NCBI GenBank assembly: GCA_951406725.2
Contig: OX597820.1
Span: 8,804,001-8,868,000, forward strand
DNA length: 64,000 nt
Reading direction: 5' to 3'
Source of the DNA: Octopus vulgaris
Taxonomy: Eukaryota
Shown: piece after piece, positions 49,950 through 63,479 of the stretch
How the letters are laid out: each line of letters starts with the position of its first letter
How positions within the stretch are numbered: position 1 is the first letter of the stretch
Made by a program: the position numbers and the translations under genes
The notes under the pieces: generated by a model
The model's input: the letters and a program-made list of their open reading frames with translations, nothing else
The model's database searches: none
What the model was told of the DNA's origin: nothing

Positions 49950-50396
49950 ACCAGAGTATGTGCAGATTAGTTAGAGTTAAGTTCAGTCCATTATCACTGA
50001 AGATATGGGTATGAGATTTGAGTCTGCCAAGTTTATGCCAAATCTGCTCTCAACTGACCAAAGCGACACTTGGGTTTCAGTTGCACAAGATCTCCTTGAT
50101 TGTGTTGAGAATAATGAAAACTCTTGGAAAACTATGTGTAAGCCTCTGAGCAGGTATCACCAAGCTTCTGGCAAAATTGGAAGCAGATTCTCTTCTCAAC
50201 TTTCTCTGTCATGGTTAAAGCTACACACCTTCCTTCCAAGCACTGCTGTAAACAGTGGAAGTGAGCTAGAAAGTTTAAACTTAGTGCAAATGCACAGCAG
50301 TGTTCAAGAGCAATCTATACCAAGGGGCTTCACACTCTGTGCTTTTGCTTCGTTACTATAGCAATAGTCCAGAAACTTATTGATCGGACCACATAT
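49950..50396 (+). mobile_element. Mariner-type transposase remnant
   Basis: SVQSIITEDMGMRFESAKFMPNLLS...VSVAQDLL resembles the mariner HTH-to-WVPxxL linker. TIR-like end acttattgatcggaccacata. Confidence 0.5.
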
Positions 50397-50711
50397 ATAC
50401 ACATTTACATATAACACACACACACACACACACAAACACATCCCTTGACTGGCCTCCATGCTGGTGGCATGTAAAAAGCACCAACCGATCGTGGCCGTTG
50501 CCAGCCTCGCCTGGCACCTGTGCCGGTGGCACGTAAAAAGCACCCTCTACACTCACAGAGTGGTTGGCGTTAGGAAGGGCATCAAGCTGTAGAAATACTG
50601 CCAGATCAGACTGGAGCCTGGTGCAGCCTCCTGGCTTCCCAGACTCCGGTCGAACTGTCCAACCCATGCTAGCATGGAAAGCGGACGCTAAATGATGATG
50701 ATGATGATGAT

Positions 50712-50990
50712 GGCGCATGGCTCGGTGGTTAGAGCATCGAGCTTACAATTGTGAGGTTGTGAGTTCGAATCCCTTTCACTCAACTGTAGAAATGAGTTGC
50801 AGCATCACAGGTGCCAAGATGTATAGGCCCCTTTGCCTTTCCCTTGCATAACATTGGTGGCGTGGAGAGAGGAGGCTTGTATGCATGGGCGACTGCTGGT
50901 CTTCCATAAACAACCATGCCCGGCTTGCGCCTGGGAGGGTAACCTTCTAGGTGCAATCCCACGGTTAGTCATGACCAAAGGGGGTCTCAG
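50712..50990 (+). mobile_element. tRNA-derived SINE, family E
   Basis: ggcgcatggctcggtggttagagc...gagttcgaatccc head; body matches the reverse complement of 36712-36920. Confidence 0.7.
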
Positions 50991-51139
50991 CAATGTATGT
51001 ATGTATGTACATACATACCTACATACATAAATACATACATACATACATACATACATACATACATACATACATACATACATACATACATACATACATACAT
51101 ACATACATACGTACGTATGTACCTGTACTTCACTTTTGT

Positions 51140-52020
51140 CAATGCAGAAGCTAGGGATAGATGAATGGTTGGTGAGTGCTGTACAAGCCATGTACAGGGA
51201 TGTTATTGGTAAGATGAAGGTTAGCAATGAGTATAGCAATAAATTCAGGGTACAGGTAGGGGTACACCAAGGATCAGACTTCAGCCCCCTCTTGTTCATC
51301 AGTCTTTCAGGCAATAACAGGAGAATTTAAGAAAGGCCGCCCCTGGGAGATCCTCTATGTTGATGACCTTGTTCTAATAGCTGAATCACTACCAGAACTG
51401 GAGAAGAAATTTCAGTTGTGGAAGCAAGGTCTAGAATCAAAGGGCCTTAGATTTAATTTAGCAAAAAAACCAAAGTCCTAGAAAGTAGGAGAGCAAACAA
51501 ATCACAAATCTCTTCAGGTATATGGCCCTGCTCAATCTGTAGAAACGGTATAAGTAGTAACTTCATAATATGTACCCCATTGTAAGAGCTATGGAAACAT
51601 AAAGGGTGCAGCAACATCAGAGGAAGGTTAACAGCCATGCTATACGGCAGTGAAACATGGGCTGTGACTGCCAAGGATATGTGAAAGCTTGAAATAAATG
51701 AAGCTAGTATGCTTTGCTGGATGTGCAGTGTAAGTGAGCATGTACAAAAGAGTGTAAGCATCTTGAGAGAAAAGTTGGCCATAAAAGGCATTAAATGTGG
51801 TGTGCAAGAGAGACGATTGTGCTGGTATGGTAGTGTGATGTGTATGGACAAGGACAGCTGTGTGAAGATGTGCCAATCTCTAACTGTGGAGGGAACATGT
51901 GGAAGAGGTAGGCCCAAGAAGACATGGGATGAGGTAGTGAGACATGATCTTTGAATGTTGGGCCTTGTAGTGACAATGACAAGTGACTGAGAGCTTTGAT
52001 AATATGCCATGCTTGAGAAA
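51140..52020 (+). mobile_element. RTE LINE 3' fragment (RT core plus C-terminus)
   Basis: VGVHQGS..SPLLF, LYVDDLVL, YGSETW, GRGRPKKTW. Confidence 0.88.
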
Positions 52021-52483
52021 AGCCATCAAGCCAAGTGAAATCGCAGTTGTGGCTTATGCCAGTGTTGCATAACTGGCACATAAAAAGCACCCTTCAAACA
52101 TTGAGCGATATGCTGTGCTTGAGAAGACCTGTCAAGTGAAATCGAAGTTGTGGCTGATACCAGGGTTGGGTGCCTGGCATTCATGCCAGTGGTATGTAAA
52201 ATGCTCCATTTGAACTTGGGCCTCACGGAGGCAGCGACAAGTCACTGAGACCTCTGACAATATACTGCGCTTGAGCTGAGCTGTCAAACCAAGTGAGATT
52301 GCAGTCACAGCCGATGCTAGTGCTTCATAACCGGTACCCATGCCTGTGGCATGTAAGAAGTACCCACTACACTCTTGAAGTGGTTTGTGTTAGGAGGGAC
52401 ATCCAGCTGTAGAAACTATGCCAAATCAGACTGGAACCTAGAACAGCTCTCTGGCTTACCAGTTTTCAGTCAAACCACCATAT

Positions 52484-52725
52484 ATATTAGTTTGGTGCAT
52501 AATTATTGCGGATTTTTTTCAACAACTTATATTTATCAGAGGCATTTAGCACAAAATGGGGACACCCCTTAACTTCCATCACTGATGAGAAGATTCAGCA
52601 AGCTTGAGAGATGGTAATGGTGAACCAGCAAGTTATCATTGATGAGGTAGCTTGTTCTCTGCAGACTAGTCAATGTTTCTGTCAATCAAACCATCCACAA
52701 TGAGCTCAGCTTCCATATCTATGCA
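52484..52725 (+). mobile_element. Mariner-type TIR and transposase fragment
   Basis: tattagtttggtgcataattattgcgg TIR-like start. Degenerate peptide TSITDEKIQQA...IIDEVA resembles the second HTH. Confidence 0.4.
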
Positions 52726-52839
52726 AGTTTTTGTATTAAGGAAAAAGGGAAGGGTAAACCAAATAATTATCTTTGGCTTATTTTTAGGTTTCTAATTGTT
52801 ATTTTGATTAATACTAGAATGGTTATGTGTTACTTTATC

Positions 52840-53785
52840 TTTAATGCCATTAGATCTATTAATATAAAAACTAACATTGGTAAAAGAGTCCTGACTCTCT
52901 TAGACAAATAGTTTCCAGCAACTCATAGATACAGGCAAATATTTAATAGGAGTTCTGTGAAATTATCATATAGCAGCTACCTTAATATGAAAACTATCAT
53001 TACACCTGGTCAATACCAAGAGCCTAAATCCAGTTGCAACTGTCACGACACAGAATCCAGTCCATTTGACCAACAATGTATGACTAAATCTATCATATAT
53101 GAGGCAGAAGTTACTGCAACCCTAAATAAAAGTAATGATAATACAACCAATAAGAAGACTTACATTGGATTATGTGAAGGTGGATTTAAAAATCGCTATG
53201 CCAATCACATAGCCTCCTTCTGACATAGGGACAAAAGTAAAGCTACTAAGTTCACGAGCTACGTATGGACTTTGAAAGATGACAAAACACCGCATGTGAT
53301 TAAATGGAAAGTAATCAAGAAATCCACACCTTGTGCGAATGGATCAAATGAATATAGACTTTGGTTGAAAGAGCACAGATCCTGTCCAGATCTAAGATCC
53401 TTAACTCTCTATTGAACTTCAGGTCAGAAATTTTCAGTGATTGCATAAGTATAAATATATTTTGAAGAATCAGAAAATTCTGCCTATTCCTGACTAACTT
53501 AATATCGTTCCAGCCTTATAATTTACGGTCTAAGGAGGAGAGCTCCTTTACCTTTTTACTTTTTATTTACTACATTTTAGTTTTTTGCGTTTTCATTTTC
53601 CGTTTCTTGTTGTTCACTTTCAGTATTTTCTATACGCTGCCTTCTCAGTTTTTTTCATATTTCTATTATTCAGTTTTTTTAGTTTATTATGATATGTGGT
53701 TTGTACCTGAAGAATATGCTTAAGTTTTCTCAACATATAAAACTAGTAGCGTTTTAACACATGTATTGTGACCTTTAAATAAATA
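52840..53785 (+). mobile_element. Penelope-like element, degenerate GIY-YIG endonuclease region plus 3' tail
   Basis: NIGK..L..LDK*FP..H.Y..IFNR..VKLSYS..NMK.II, CNC...C...SIIYEAEV...TYIGLCEGGFKNRYANH..SF and later YVW.LK...IKWKVI. In-frame stops are present. Degenerate hammerhead CUGAAGA AUAUG..CAUAU aAAAC UA GUA at 53707-53748. Confidence 0.85.
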
Positions 53786-53841
53786 ATATATATATATCAA
53801 TTTATATATATATATATATATAGGCATGTGTAAATATATAT

Positions 53842-53879
<38 letters not shown>

Positions 53880-53994
53880 ACACTGCCAGGTCAGACTGGG
53901 CCTGGTGCAGCCTTCTGGCTTCCCAGACCCCAGTTGAACCGTCCAACCCATGCTAGCATGGAGAGCGGACGTTAAACAATGATGATGATGATGA

Positions 53995-54036
<42 letters not shown>

Positions 54037-54495
54037 ATTTATATATATATAAATATAGGCATGTCCCATCCAACCCGTGCTAGCGCGGAAAACGGACGTT
54101 AAACGATGATGATGATGATGATGATGATGTAAATATATATCAATATATATATATATATACATTATATTTATGTATGTGTATATCTATATATCTATATCTA
54201 TCTACCTATATCTATCTACCTATATATACATATATGCATGCATGCGTGTGTGTGTGTGAGAGAGAGAGAGAGAGTGAGAGAAAGGGAAGGACAAATTGGA
54301 ATAAGTACTTATTTTCCAATTTTCTTTTCTTTCCATCATCTATATAGATTATACATGTGTACATGTGAATTGAGTTGCTGTATTATATATTCTAAATACA
54401 ATAACACGATTCTGCAGTAAAAAAGAAAAAAAAGGCAGGTAAGAAACTTCAGCTGAAAGTGAGCAAGCTCCGCATATGCAGACGTGTGTGTTTTG

Positions 54496-54535
<40 letters not shown>

Positions 54536-54789
54536 TATATTAAATTAGAGATAAAACCACTTTTAGGCAAATCAAACAGTGGAAAACATAAGCCAATACA
54601 TAAAATTAATTTAAAAATATAAAAGTTAAAAATAAAAAATTATTTAAATAATTTAAACTTATAAATTTTATATATATATATACAAATATATATATGTATG
54701 TATGTATGTATATTTTTATATTTATATATTATTTTATTTATTAATTAATTAATTAATTTATTTATATATATATATATATGATAGACATA

Positions 54790-54931
<142 letters not shown>

Positions 54932-54995
54932 ATACAGACACAAAAGTATACATATATTTGAAATGAATTAATGAAAAGGTAGTATGCATACTTAC

Positions 54996-55093
54996 ATAGG
55001 GGCTATCTCTTTAGAATCAGCTTTATGTTTTATAACACTTTCAACAGGTTTATCTGCGTCAGTTTCTCCTAGACAAACTTGTTGGGCAGACAT
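54996..55093 (-). CDS. TTC39B: TTC39B-like TPR protein, coding exon 1 (MSAQQVCLGETDADKPVESVIKHKADSKEIAP-I)
   Basis: First in-frame ATG at 55093 after an in-frame TAA at about 55280. Strong donor AT|gtaagt at 54995, and phase 2 matches the next exon (AT+A = Ile). The peptide is not recognisably conserved, so the call rests on splice signal and phase. Confidence 0.65.
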
Positions 55094-55430
55094 TTTCACC
55101 TTATCTAAGGAACTTATATTTGACTTATTTTTGCTTTTTTGTCCCCCACCCGTGGGCCTGAAGAAGCCAGTGTTATTCCGGATATTGAATTCTGTTTTCT
55201 CATTGACTCCAGCGCCTCTGACTGACTGACTGAGGCTATTTGTAGCAACAAAAGACAGCAGTGTAGTGAGAAGTGTCACTTAAGAGGAATGCCTTGAAGC
55301 AGCAGCTAGTTTACGTTCACACAGCGCACATGGACAGAGAGGAGAAGAAGGGGAGAAACGAGAAAAGCAAGAAGAGCAACCAGAAGACGAGAAATGGACG
55401 GCTAAGTGGAAAATAGAACAGGTTGTTCAC
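55094..55430 (-). promoter_or_regulatory. Probable 5' UTR / core promoter region of the TTC39B-like gene
   Basis: Island of unique, non-repeat sequence directly upstream of the ATG. It is pyrimidine-rich on the minus strand and bounded by microsatellite arrays. The TSS cannot be determined. Confidence 0.4.
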
Positions 55431-55464
55431 ACATAAATAACTTATATATTATTATATTATATAT

Positions 55465-55849
55465 ATGTGTGTGTGTATAAATGTATGTATGTGGGGTGGT
55501 GGCTACGTGTGTGTGTAGTGTGTGGGTGGGTGTGTACACACGTATATACACATGCTTACATTATGCATGTATACACATATGTATACAAGCACACAAGCAT
55601 CTCTGCCTGTGTGTGTATGTAAGTATGTATGTAACGGTTTGTGAATATATATATATGTGTGTGTGTGTGTGTATAAATGTATGTATATGTGTGGGGTGGC
55701 TACGTGTGTGTATTGTGTGGGTGGGTGTGTACACGCGTATATACACATGCTTACATTATACAAATATACACAAGCACACAAACATCTATGCTTGTGTGTG
55801 TGTTTGTATGTATGTATGGGTGCGTGAATATGTGTGTGTGTGTGTAAAA

Positions 55850-55886
<37 letters not shown>

Positions 55887-56255
55887 GTATGTATGTGGGG
55901 GTGGCTACGTGTGTGTATTGTGTGGGTGGGTGTGTACACGCATATATACACATGCTTCCATTATACATGTATACACATATATACACAAACACAAACATCT
56001 ATGCCTGTGTGTGTGTGTATGTATGTATGGGTGTGTGAATATATATATGTGTGTGTGTGTGTGTGTGTATAAATGTATGTATGTGTGTGGGGTGGCTACG
56101 TGTGTGTATTGTGTGGGTGGGTGTGTACACGCGTATATACACATGCTTACATTATACATGTATACACATATGTATACAAGCACACAAACATCTATGCCTG
56201 TGTGTGTGTGTGTATGTATGTATGGGTGTGTGAATATATATATATATATATATAT
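55465..56255. repeat. Compound TG/TA minisatellite, about 200-bp unit, 4 copies
   Basis: gtggctacgtgtgtgta anchor at about 55495, 55693, 55897 and 56089. Confidence 0.88.
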
Positions 56256-56454
56256 TTTTTAAAATTAGTAGACATGGCTTATTTTGGATAATTTCCATTT
56301 TAATAATAATATATGTATACATATGCATAAGGATGTGTGTATATGTTGTTTTCTCTTATCTCTCTTTCAGTTTGTGTTTCTTGTACCATTTTGAACCATA
56401 TACATCTGTATATATGTATATATGAATGTGTGTGTGTATATATATATATATATA

Positions 56455-57010
56455 TCGAATTTGATTTGGATTTGATTTGAATTAGAATCCAAATCAAATT
56501 TGATGGCTGGCGTCCGTGCTACGAGTGTGATCATTGACAGAGTGGCTAACCGGCCTCAGTGCCAGCGGCACTTAAAAGGCACCATTCGAGCGTGATCGTT
56601 ACCAGCGACGCCTTACTGGCACTCGAGCCCTGTGCTAGTAGGGTATTAAAAGCACCATCCGAGCGTGATCGTTGTCAGAGCGACTATCTGGCCTCCGTGC
56701 CGGTGGCACGTAAAAGACACCATTCGAGCGTGAAAATTACCAACATCACCTTACTGGCACCTGTGCCGGTGGCATGTGTAAAAGATTCGAGCGAGGTCGT
56801 TGCCAGAACCGCCTGACTGGCCCCCGTGCTGGTGGCACGTAAAAGCACCCACTACACTCTCGGAGTGGTTGGCGTTAGGAACGGCATCCAGCTGTAGAAA
56901 CTCTGCCTGATCAAGATTGAAACCTGGTGCAGCCATCTGGTTCGCAAGCCCTCAGTCATTCGTCCAACCCATGCTAGCATGGAAAAAGGATGTTAAACGA
57001 TGATGATGAT
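56455..57010 (+). mobile_element. Abundant (GAT)n-tailed short element, family D (RTE-related), representative copy
   Basis: Internal GC-rich subrepeats, the gttggcgttaggaagggcatccagctgtagaaac motif and a ggacgttaaacgatgatgat-type tail. About 20 copies on both strands, e.g. 13995-14245, 17725-18115, 19270-19725, 20130-20370, 32565-32720, 34075-34418, 37375-37755, 38120-38512, 44550-44990, 48872-49065, 50445-50710, 58912-59220, 59567-59890, 60050-60345 and 63880-64000. Confidence 0.8.
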
Positions 57011-57068
57011 ATATATATATATAGAGATGTAGATATACATATAGATATAGATATATATATATGGATAT

Positions 57069-59289
57069 ATCTCTTCTCTATATAAAACTGAAATGCGTTT
57101 TTACCGCTTGGATCGCTTTCAATGCCACTACGCCCCGTCCGATTCACTCCAAAATTTACAGGGACATGTAGAATGAGGTGACGATGCTCGTGGGCTACCT
57201 TAGAAATCCCTATCTTAAAAGGTGTGGTTGCTAGGGGCCATCTTCCTCACTCACGCTATTTCCTCCTTTCCCTCTCTTACTCCCCTTCAAAAATAACTTT
57301 GAGAGATCCACTACCGTTATTTAAAGTATCTGTCACTCTCGCTATTTCCTCTCTTTTTCACTGACTCTGTTTCCTACCTTCTCATCACTCCGGCGGCGTT
57401 CTTTGAAGTATCTGTCTGTCACCAACAACACACGAACATGAGAACAAATATTATGAATCAGATATTCTTGCGTTCATTTATATGTGTGTGTGTGTGTGTG
57501 TGTTCTATATATAAATATGTATATATAATGTATGTCTGTGTGTGTGTGTGTGTGTGTGTTCTATATATAAATATGTATATATAATATATGTGTGTGTGTG
57601 TGTTCTATATATAAATATGTATATATAATGTATGTGTGTGTGTTCTATATATAAATATGTATATATAATGTATGTGTGTGTGTGTGTGTTCTATATATAA
57701 ATATGTATATATAATGTATGTGTGTGTGTGTGATTTCTATATATAAATATGTATATATAATGTATATATACAAAGTGTATAGATCTGTATTTATGTATAT
57801 TAAACTTTTTCATACTTTTTCATAGTTATATATATTTTTAAACAAATTATAAATATAATTTAATAATTTTTATTTTCAATTTAAATAATTTAAATTTTTC
57901 AATTTTATATTTTATATATTTTCTATATTATATTTTTTTTTAATGTTTTTCTTTTTTTGGTTTTTCACTGTTTGATTTGCCTATTAGTGGTTTTCTCTCT
58001 AATTTAATTTATACAGATATATATCTCATTTGTATACATTTGTATATATAATGCGTGCACACACACACATATATATATATATACATATATATATATAATG
58101 TGTGCATTACGTAGTCGGTCGATTCAGCTGAAAATATGCACACCTATGTTAAAAGTGCTGGCAAGTTTGCATGACAACTATTTTTTTCCTCAAATGAAAG
58201 GCGTCACCTCTAGGACAAAATTCCTCATCTTCTAAAATGTGGCCCCAGTAGACCTGAATGAAATCGGGTTATATTAACCAAAATGTGAAAAGGGGTCTAA
58301 ATGGGGCTGGAAGGGGATTAAAATTTCAAGGAGCGGGTGTTTAGGAATTCTCTGTTACATCAAGCTAAAAAATTTGCGCCAGCCATTTAATCGTCAATGT
58401 GTTGCCGTCCATGATAAAGAAGTTTTGAATGCTTGCCATGGTGAGTCTACTGTCGTGAGAAAGAATCACTTCAAAACTTGGTGTTTACGAATTTTCTTTT
58501 ACATCAAGTTCAAAATTTTACGCCAACCGTTAAACTGTCAATACGTTGTGGTCCGTCGTTAAGAAATGCCAGCCATGGTGACTCTACTATCCTCAGATTC
58601 TATCCCTTCAAACTTTGGTTTCCAATATTTTATTATTTTTATTCAGCTCGCAAGTTCGTCTGTCCCTTTTAAATGTTAGCGTTTTGCTGTCTGCCTTGAA
58701 GCAGACCTTTCCGTTGCCACTGCCTGATATTTATGATTGATCTTTCTAAATATTTTATTTCTCAACTTACTCAAGATCTTCTGTTGTTTATAAATGGGAG
58801 AGAGATAGATAAAGATAGAGAGTAAGAGAAAGCGAGGGAGAGTCCGAGAGAAAAGAATTGTAAGAGAGTGGGAACGTGAGAGAGAAAGGAGAGAGAAACA
58901 AAGACGGAGAATCATCATCATCATCATCGTTTAACGTCCGTTTTCCGTGCTAGCACGGGTTGGACAGTGTGACCGGTGTCTGGGAAGCCAGGAGGCTGCA
59001 CCAGGCTCCAGTCTGATCTGGCAGTGTTTCTACAGGTGGATAACCTTACTAACGCCAACCACTCTGTGAGTGTAGTGGGTTCTTTTTTCGTGCCGCCAGC
59101 ACAGGTGCCAGTGGGGCTTGCAGCGGCAACGATCGGTTGGTGCTTTTTACATGCCACCGGCACAGAAGCAAGTCAAGGCGGCGCTGCAATCGGCTACGTT
59201 CGGATGGTGCTTTTTACGTGCTGAAAGGAAGCAACAGAAAGTAACAACCACACTCTTACCCGTGCGTAGAGCGGGTCACCTTCAGCTAG
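57069..59289 (+). mobile_element. Probable longer Helitron-like element carrying a minisatellite and a nested SINE
   Basis: TC...TATATAAAACTGA start, and acccgtgcgtagagcgggt hairpin plus CTAG end at 59289. Continuity between the two ends is inferred. Confidence 0.45.
57480..57770. repeat. Minisatellite with ~42-50-bp unit, about 6 copies
   Basis: Unit ttctatatataaatatgtatatataatgtatg(tg)n. Confidence 0.9.
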
Positions 59290-60013
59290 TCTATATATAT
59301 AAAACTGAGAATGTGTGTCTGATGTCTAATGCATCATTAAAACTCAAGAACTACTCAACTGATTTCCTTCTAATTTTACACATACACTACTTAGGGTTCA
59401 TGGAGTGTCATGGACCCAAAAAATTTTTCAACTATTACGTGTCAAAAGTGAAACAATAACATCTCTACTGTAATGTGAGATAATAGTTTCAGGCTTAATA
59501 CTTTCACTATGTATGTAATATACACATAGAGAAACTATTATCTAACATTACACATATACATGCATACATCATCATCATCATCATTTAACATCCGTTTTCT
59601 GTACTAGCATGGGTTGGACGGTTCAACCGGGGTCTGGGAAGCCAGGAGGCTGCACCAGGCTCCAATATTGATCTGGCAGTGTTTCTACAGCTGGATGCCC
59701 TTCCTAACACCAACCACTCTGTGAGCGTATTGAGTGCTTTTTACGTGCCACTGGCACAGGTGCCAGGGGAGGCTGGCAGCGGCCATGATTGGTTGGTGCT
59801 TTTTACGTGCCACCGGCACAGAAGCCAGTCAAGGTGGCGCTGGCATCGGCCACGTTCAGATGGTGCTTTTTATGTGCCACCAGCACAGGTATCACATATA
59901 TTTAATTCATCCCCTCCATTTTCTTATTGCTCTCTCTCTCTCTATATATATATATATTCATATATATATTCTGTGTATGTATATATATATGTGTGTGTGT
60001 GTGTATATATATA

Positions 60014-60046
<33 letters not shown>

Positions 60047-60439
60047 GCACTCGTGGCCGATGCCAGCACCGCCTCGTCTGGCTTCCGTGCCGGTGGCACA
60101 TAAAATACACCAATCCGACCGTGGCCGTTGCCAGCCTCGCCTGGCACCTGTGCAGGTGGCACGTAAAAAGCACCCACTACACTCACGGAGTGGTTGGCGT
60201 TAGGAAGGGCATCCAGCTGTAGAAACACTGCCAGATAAGACTGGAGCCTGGTGCAGCCTTCTGGCTTCCCAGATCCCCGGTCGAACCGTCCAACCCATGC
60301 TAGCATGGAGAACGGACGTTAAACGATGATGATGATGATGATGATATATATATATATATATATATATTATGCATGCATGTATATAAATATATTGTGTAGG
60401 AGCTTCCTGAGCCAACTCTTACAGCACTATGACTGGATG

Positions 60440-61816
60440 TTGAGGAAGTTACTCAACAAATGTGGACGTAATATACCTTGACTTTGCAAACCAGTATTCT
60501 TGAACTAAATCTGATCCCGGGCCCTTCCAATTCAGCATTTTTCGTAACACTTTACTCACTAATGCACCAGTTCGTCTTAGATCTGGCTGCTTCACACTAA
60601 CTACTTCTTACCTTACTTTCTTTAACCGTTGCTGCATTTCCATTATGATTGACTGGCATATCCCAAATATTACTCCAGAACTTTCTACCTTTTTCTCCAT
60701 TAGCTTTCTCATCTTCACTACTTTCTTCCACCCTATTCATTTGGCTACAAAATCTCTTTTGGTCTGTTTTAATCTGTCCTGTTGATACTAATCTATTCTT
60801 TTCGGATAACTGGAAAGCTTATCGCTACTGCTATGACTTACTGTTTCAATCCTTCCATGACTATCCCTGTCTGTTTGACTAAGTATCCTTTCTCAAGAGA
60901 TTCAAATCCAGTGCTTTCTAACTTTTTCAGTTTCGAGGCTTCTATTCTACAAGACCTACTGGTATGGCCATGTGGCAAGAATGGATGGGGAGAGCTGTGT
61001 GAAAAAGTGCCACTCCCTAGTGGTTGAGGGAACCTGTGGACCCAGGAAGATCTGGGATGAAGTGGTGAAGCACGACCTTCGAACATTAGGCCTCACCGAG
61101 GCCTTGTCTTAAAGTCTTCACTTTATTTTCCAATCTCCTTTCCCACATTTGCTCTTTCCTCATCTTTCCTCTCTTATGTTCTTAGCAATACTGAATACAC
61201 TCAAACATTCAGTTATGCAAGAGTGTGACATTGTGCCATAGGCTTTCTTTTAATCCATCCACGGCAAAATGGAAAGTAGATCTCTACTCAAGTGACACAG
61301 CCTTAAGGACAGACAACATCAAGAGAAGAACTACTATCCCTTCTGCATAGCTCAGTAAGTTAGTTTTAGTGTCCCCTATATTTTTAGCATCAATCCTACT
61401 GATAACAGAATCTCCTTTCCTAATCATATCTAGCAGCTTCCTTCTCTGGGCACTTTTTAATGCTGCTAATCCTTTTCTATCTTCTTTACTCATTGCTCCT
61501 TGCAGATTATCATCTAAAATCCTCTGATCTTCTCTTCCTCGCTTAAGTCAATTACGTTGCTGGTGACAGTTGTCCCTTCCTGGTCAGTGGTACTATTACT
61601 CTTTACTCTTTTACTTGTTTCAGTCATTTGACTGTGGCCATGCTGGAGCACCGCCTTTAGTCGAGCAAATCGACCCTGGGACTTATTCTTTTGTAAGCCC
61701 AGTATTTAATCTATCGGTCTCTATTGCCGAACCGCTAAGTTACGGGGACGTAAACACACTAGCATTGGTTGTCAAGCGATGTTGGGGGGACAAACACAGA
61801 CACACAAACATACACG

Positions 61817-61872
<56 letters not shown>

Positions 61873-62400
61873 TATACGACAGGCTTCTTTCAGTTTCCGT
61901 CTACCAAATACACTCACAAGGCTTTGGTCGGCCCGGGGCTATAGCAGAAGACACTTGCCCAAGGTGCCACACAGGGGGACTGAACCCGGAACCATGTGGT
62001 TGGTTAGCAAGCTACTTACCACACAGCCACTCCATATTATTATTTTTTCTTTGGTTTGAACTATATCCCTTATGTTGTTGTTTGGTCTTTCTTATCCAGT
62101 CCTCTTACGATCTCTTCCACCTCCAATTCTGTCATCCACTTTATTTCCGTAATAACATTGGCTTCGTCTCCTAGACTCTGTTCAATCACTTTAAACATTC
62201 TCTTCTCTACCCAAAGTGTCAACAACCATTTCCTATACCCACTTCTTTTAGGTCTACTTTCTAAGTAGCCCTGCATCACTATCCTATTTTCTGCACTGGT
62301 CTACTTCCTTCTCCTTCCTCTGTTATCTATTGATGCTGTCTTAGGGTACCTGTTGCAGTCAGTTTGCATCTGTACTGAACCACTGCTGAGTGAGAGGCCT
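60440..62400 (-). mobile_element. Degenerate R4/Dong-like non-LTR element fragments interrupted by RTE and SINE inserts
   Basis: GYRKWLLTLWVEK...WMTELEVEEI and TNLLSYAEGIVV fragments resemble the N-terminal region of this clade. Weak, fragmentary similarity. Confidence 0.4.
61600..62030 (-). mobile_element. tRNA-derived SINE, family B
   Basis: Reverse complement of 13132-13540. Confidence 0.85.
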
Positions 62401-62953
62401 TCCCTTAAAGGTCCAGCTTCATTTTTGCTGTTACCACCAGAGTTTCCCATAAACTGAGGTAAGGTAATGTTTGTCCCCATCGTCAATGAAAGGCAAAGTC
62501 GACCTTGGCGGAATTTGAACTCAGAATGTCTGTCGTTACGTTCTGAGTTCAAATTCCGCTGAGGTCGACTTTGCCTTTCATCCTTTCAGGGTTGATTAAA
62601 TAAAGTACCAGTTTCGCACTGGGGTCGATGTAGTCGACTTAATCCCTTTGTCTGTCCTTGTTTAGCCCCTTGTGAGCAATAAAGAAAATATTATTCAATA
62701 TCTGATAGTTTCAAGCAACTTTCTATTGCATCGCTTGCTACTTTTTTATACTATTGAAATGTGTGTAGCAGTTTTTTGTTGTTGTTTGGGGAGTGTTATA
62801 TGGCATCAGTATGTTTTGTTATGGGGTTTAGTTCCAGGCTTCATTGCACTAGTGTTTATATTGTGTGTTGAGTGTGCAGTGAGGGTTGTGTTCCTCTTTT
62901 GGGTACAAGGCTTCTACAGCACATGTTGTGGGGTTTGTTCATTTTATTGAGCA

Positions 62954-63256
62954 CTAGAAGTATCGCCCGGCGTTGCTCGGGTTTGTAAGGGAAATAACAA
63001 TATAAGCATTTTTAGAGAGTTACTTCCCTTATATAATAGCAAAAGAATGCATTAAAAATGGGAAAAAATGATGGTTAAATTTTTTTTTAATCGTAGACTC
63101 ATCGTAGACGCGTGCTAATACCCAGAAGGGCTCGATATGAATCATGACTATAAGATACCTGGTTTTGGTTAAACTGCACTGCAAAATGTGGGAGTAGTTA
63201 GGAATCTAAATCGCAGGAGACAGACACTCACACAACTTCACTTTTATATATAAAGA
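62954..63256 (-). mobile_element. Non-autonomous Helitron, family H2 (1 internal unit)
   Basis: Same termini as 10566-10963 and 40237-40825. Confidence 0.8.
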
Positions 63257-63479
63257 TTTACTTTATGTGTGTTTTGGGAGGGTTGCATTACAGTGCTTAT
63301 ATATCACTTCACAGTGGTCATCGTCATCTGTCAATCATTCTTTCTTGATTTTGTTATTCATTTGGGCAGTGATATTAAGAGATGGGCCCATCTTTATAGC
63401 ATTAACTTTTTCACAGAACACCACATTTCTTAAAAACCGTGGTAGACGCCTTGGTCTTGGGACCATTCATGTCTAGAAA

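Noticed and set aside
52581-52600. CTGATGA hits here and at about 15173 and 33064
   Set aside because: No paired stem II or downstream GAAA/GUH. They fall in mariner, microsatellite or RT coding remnants.
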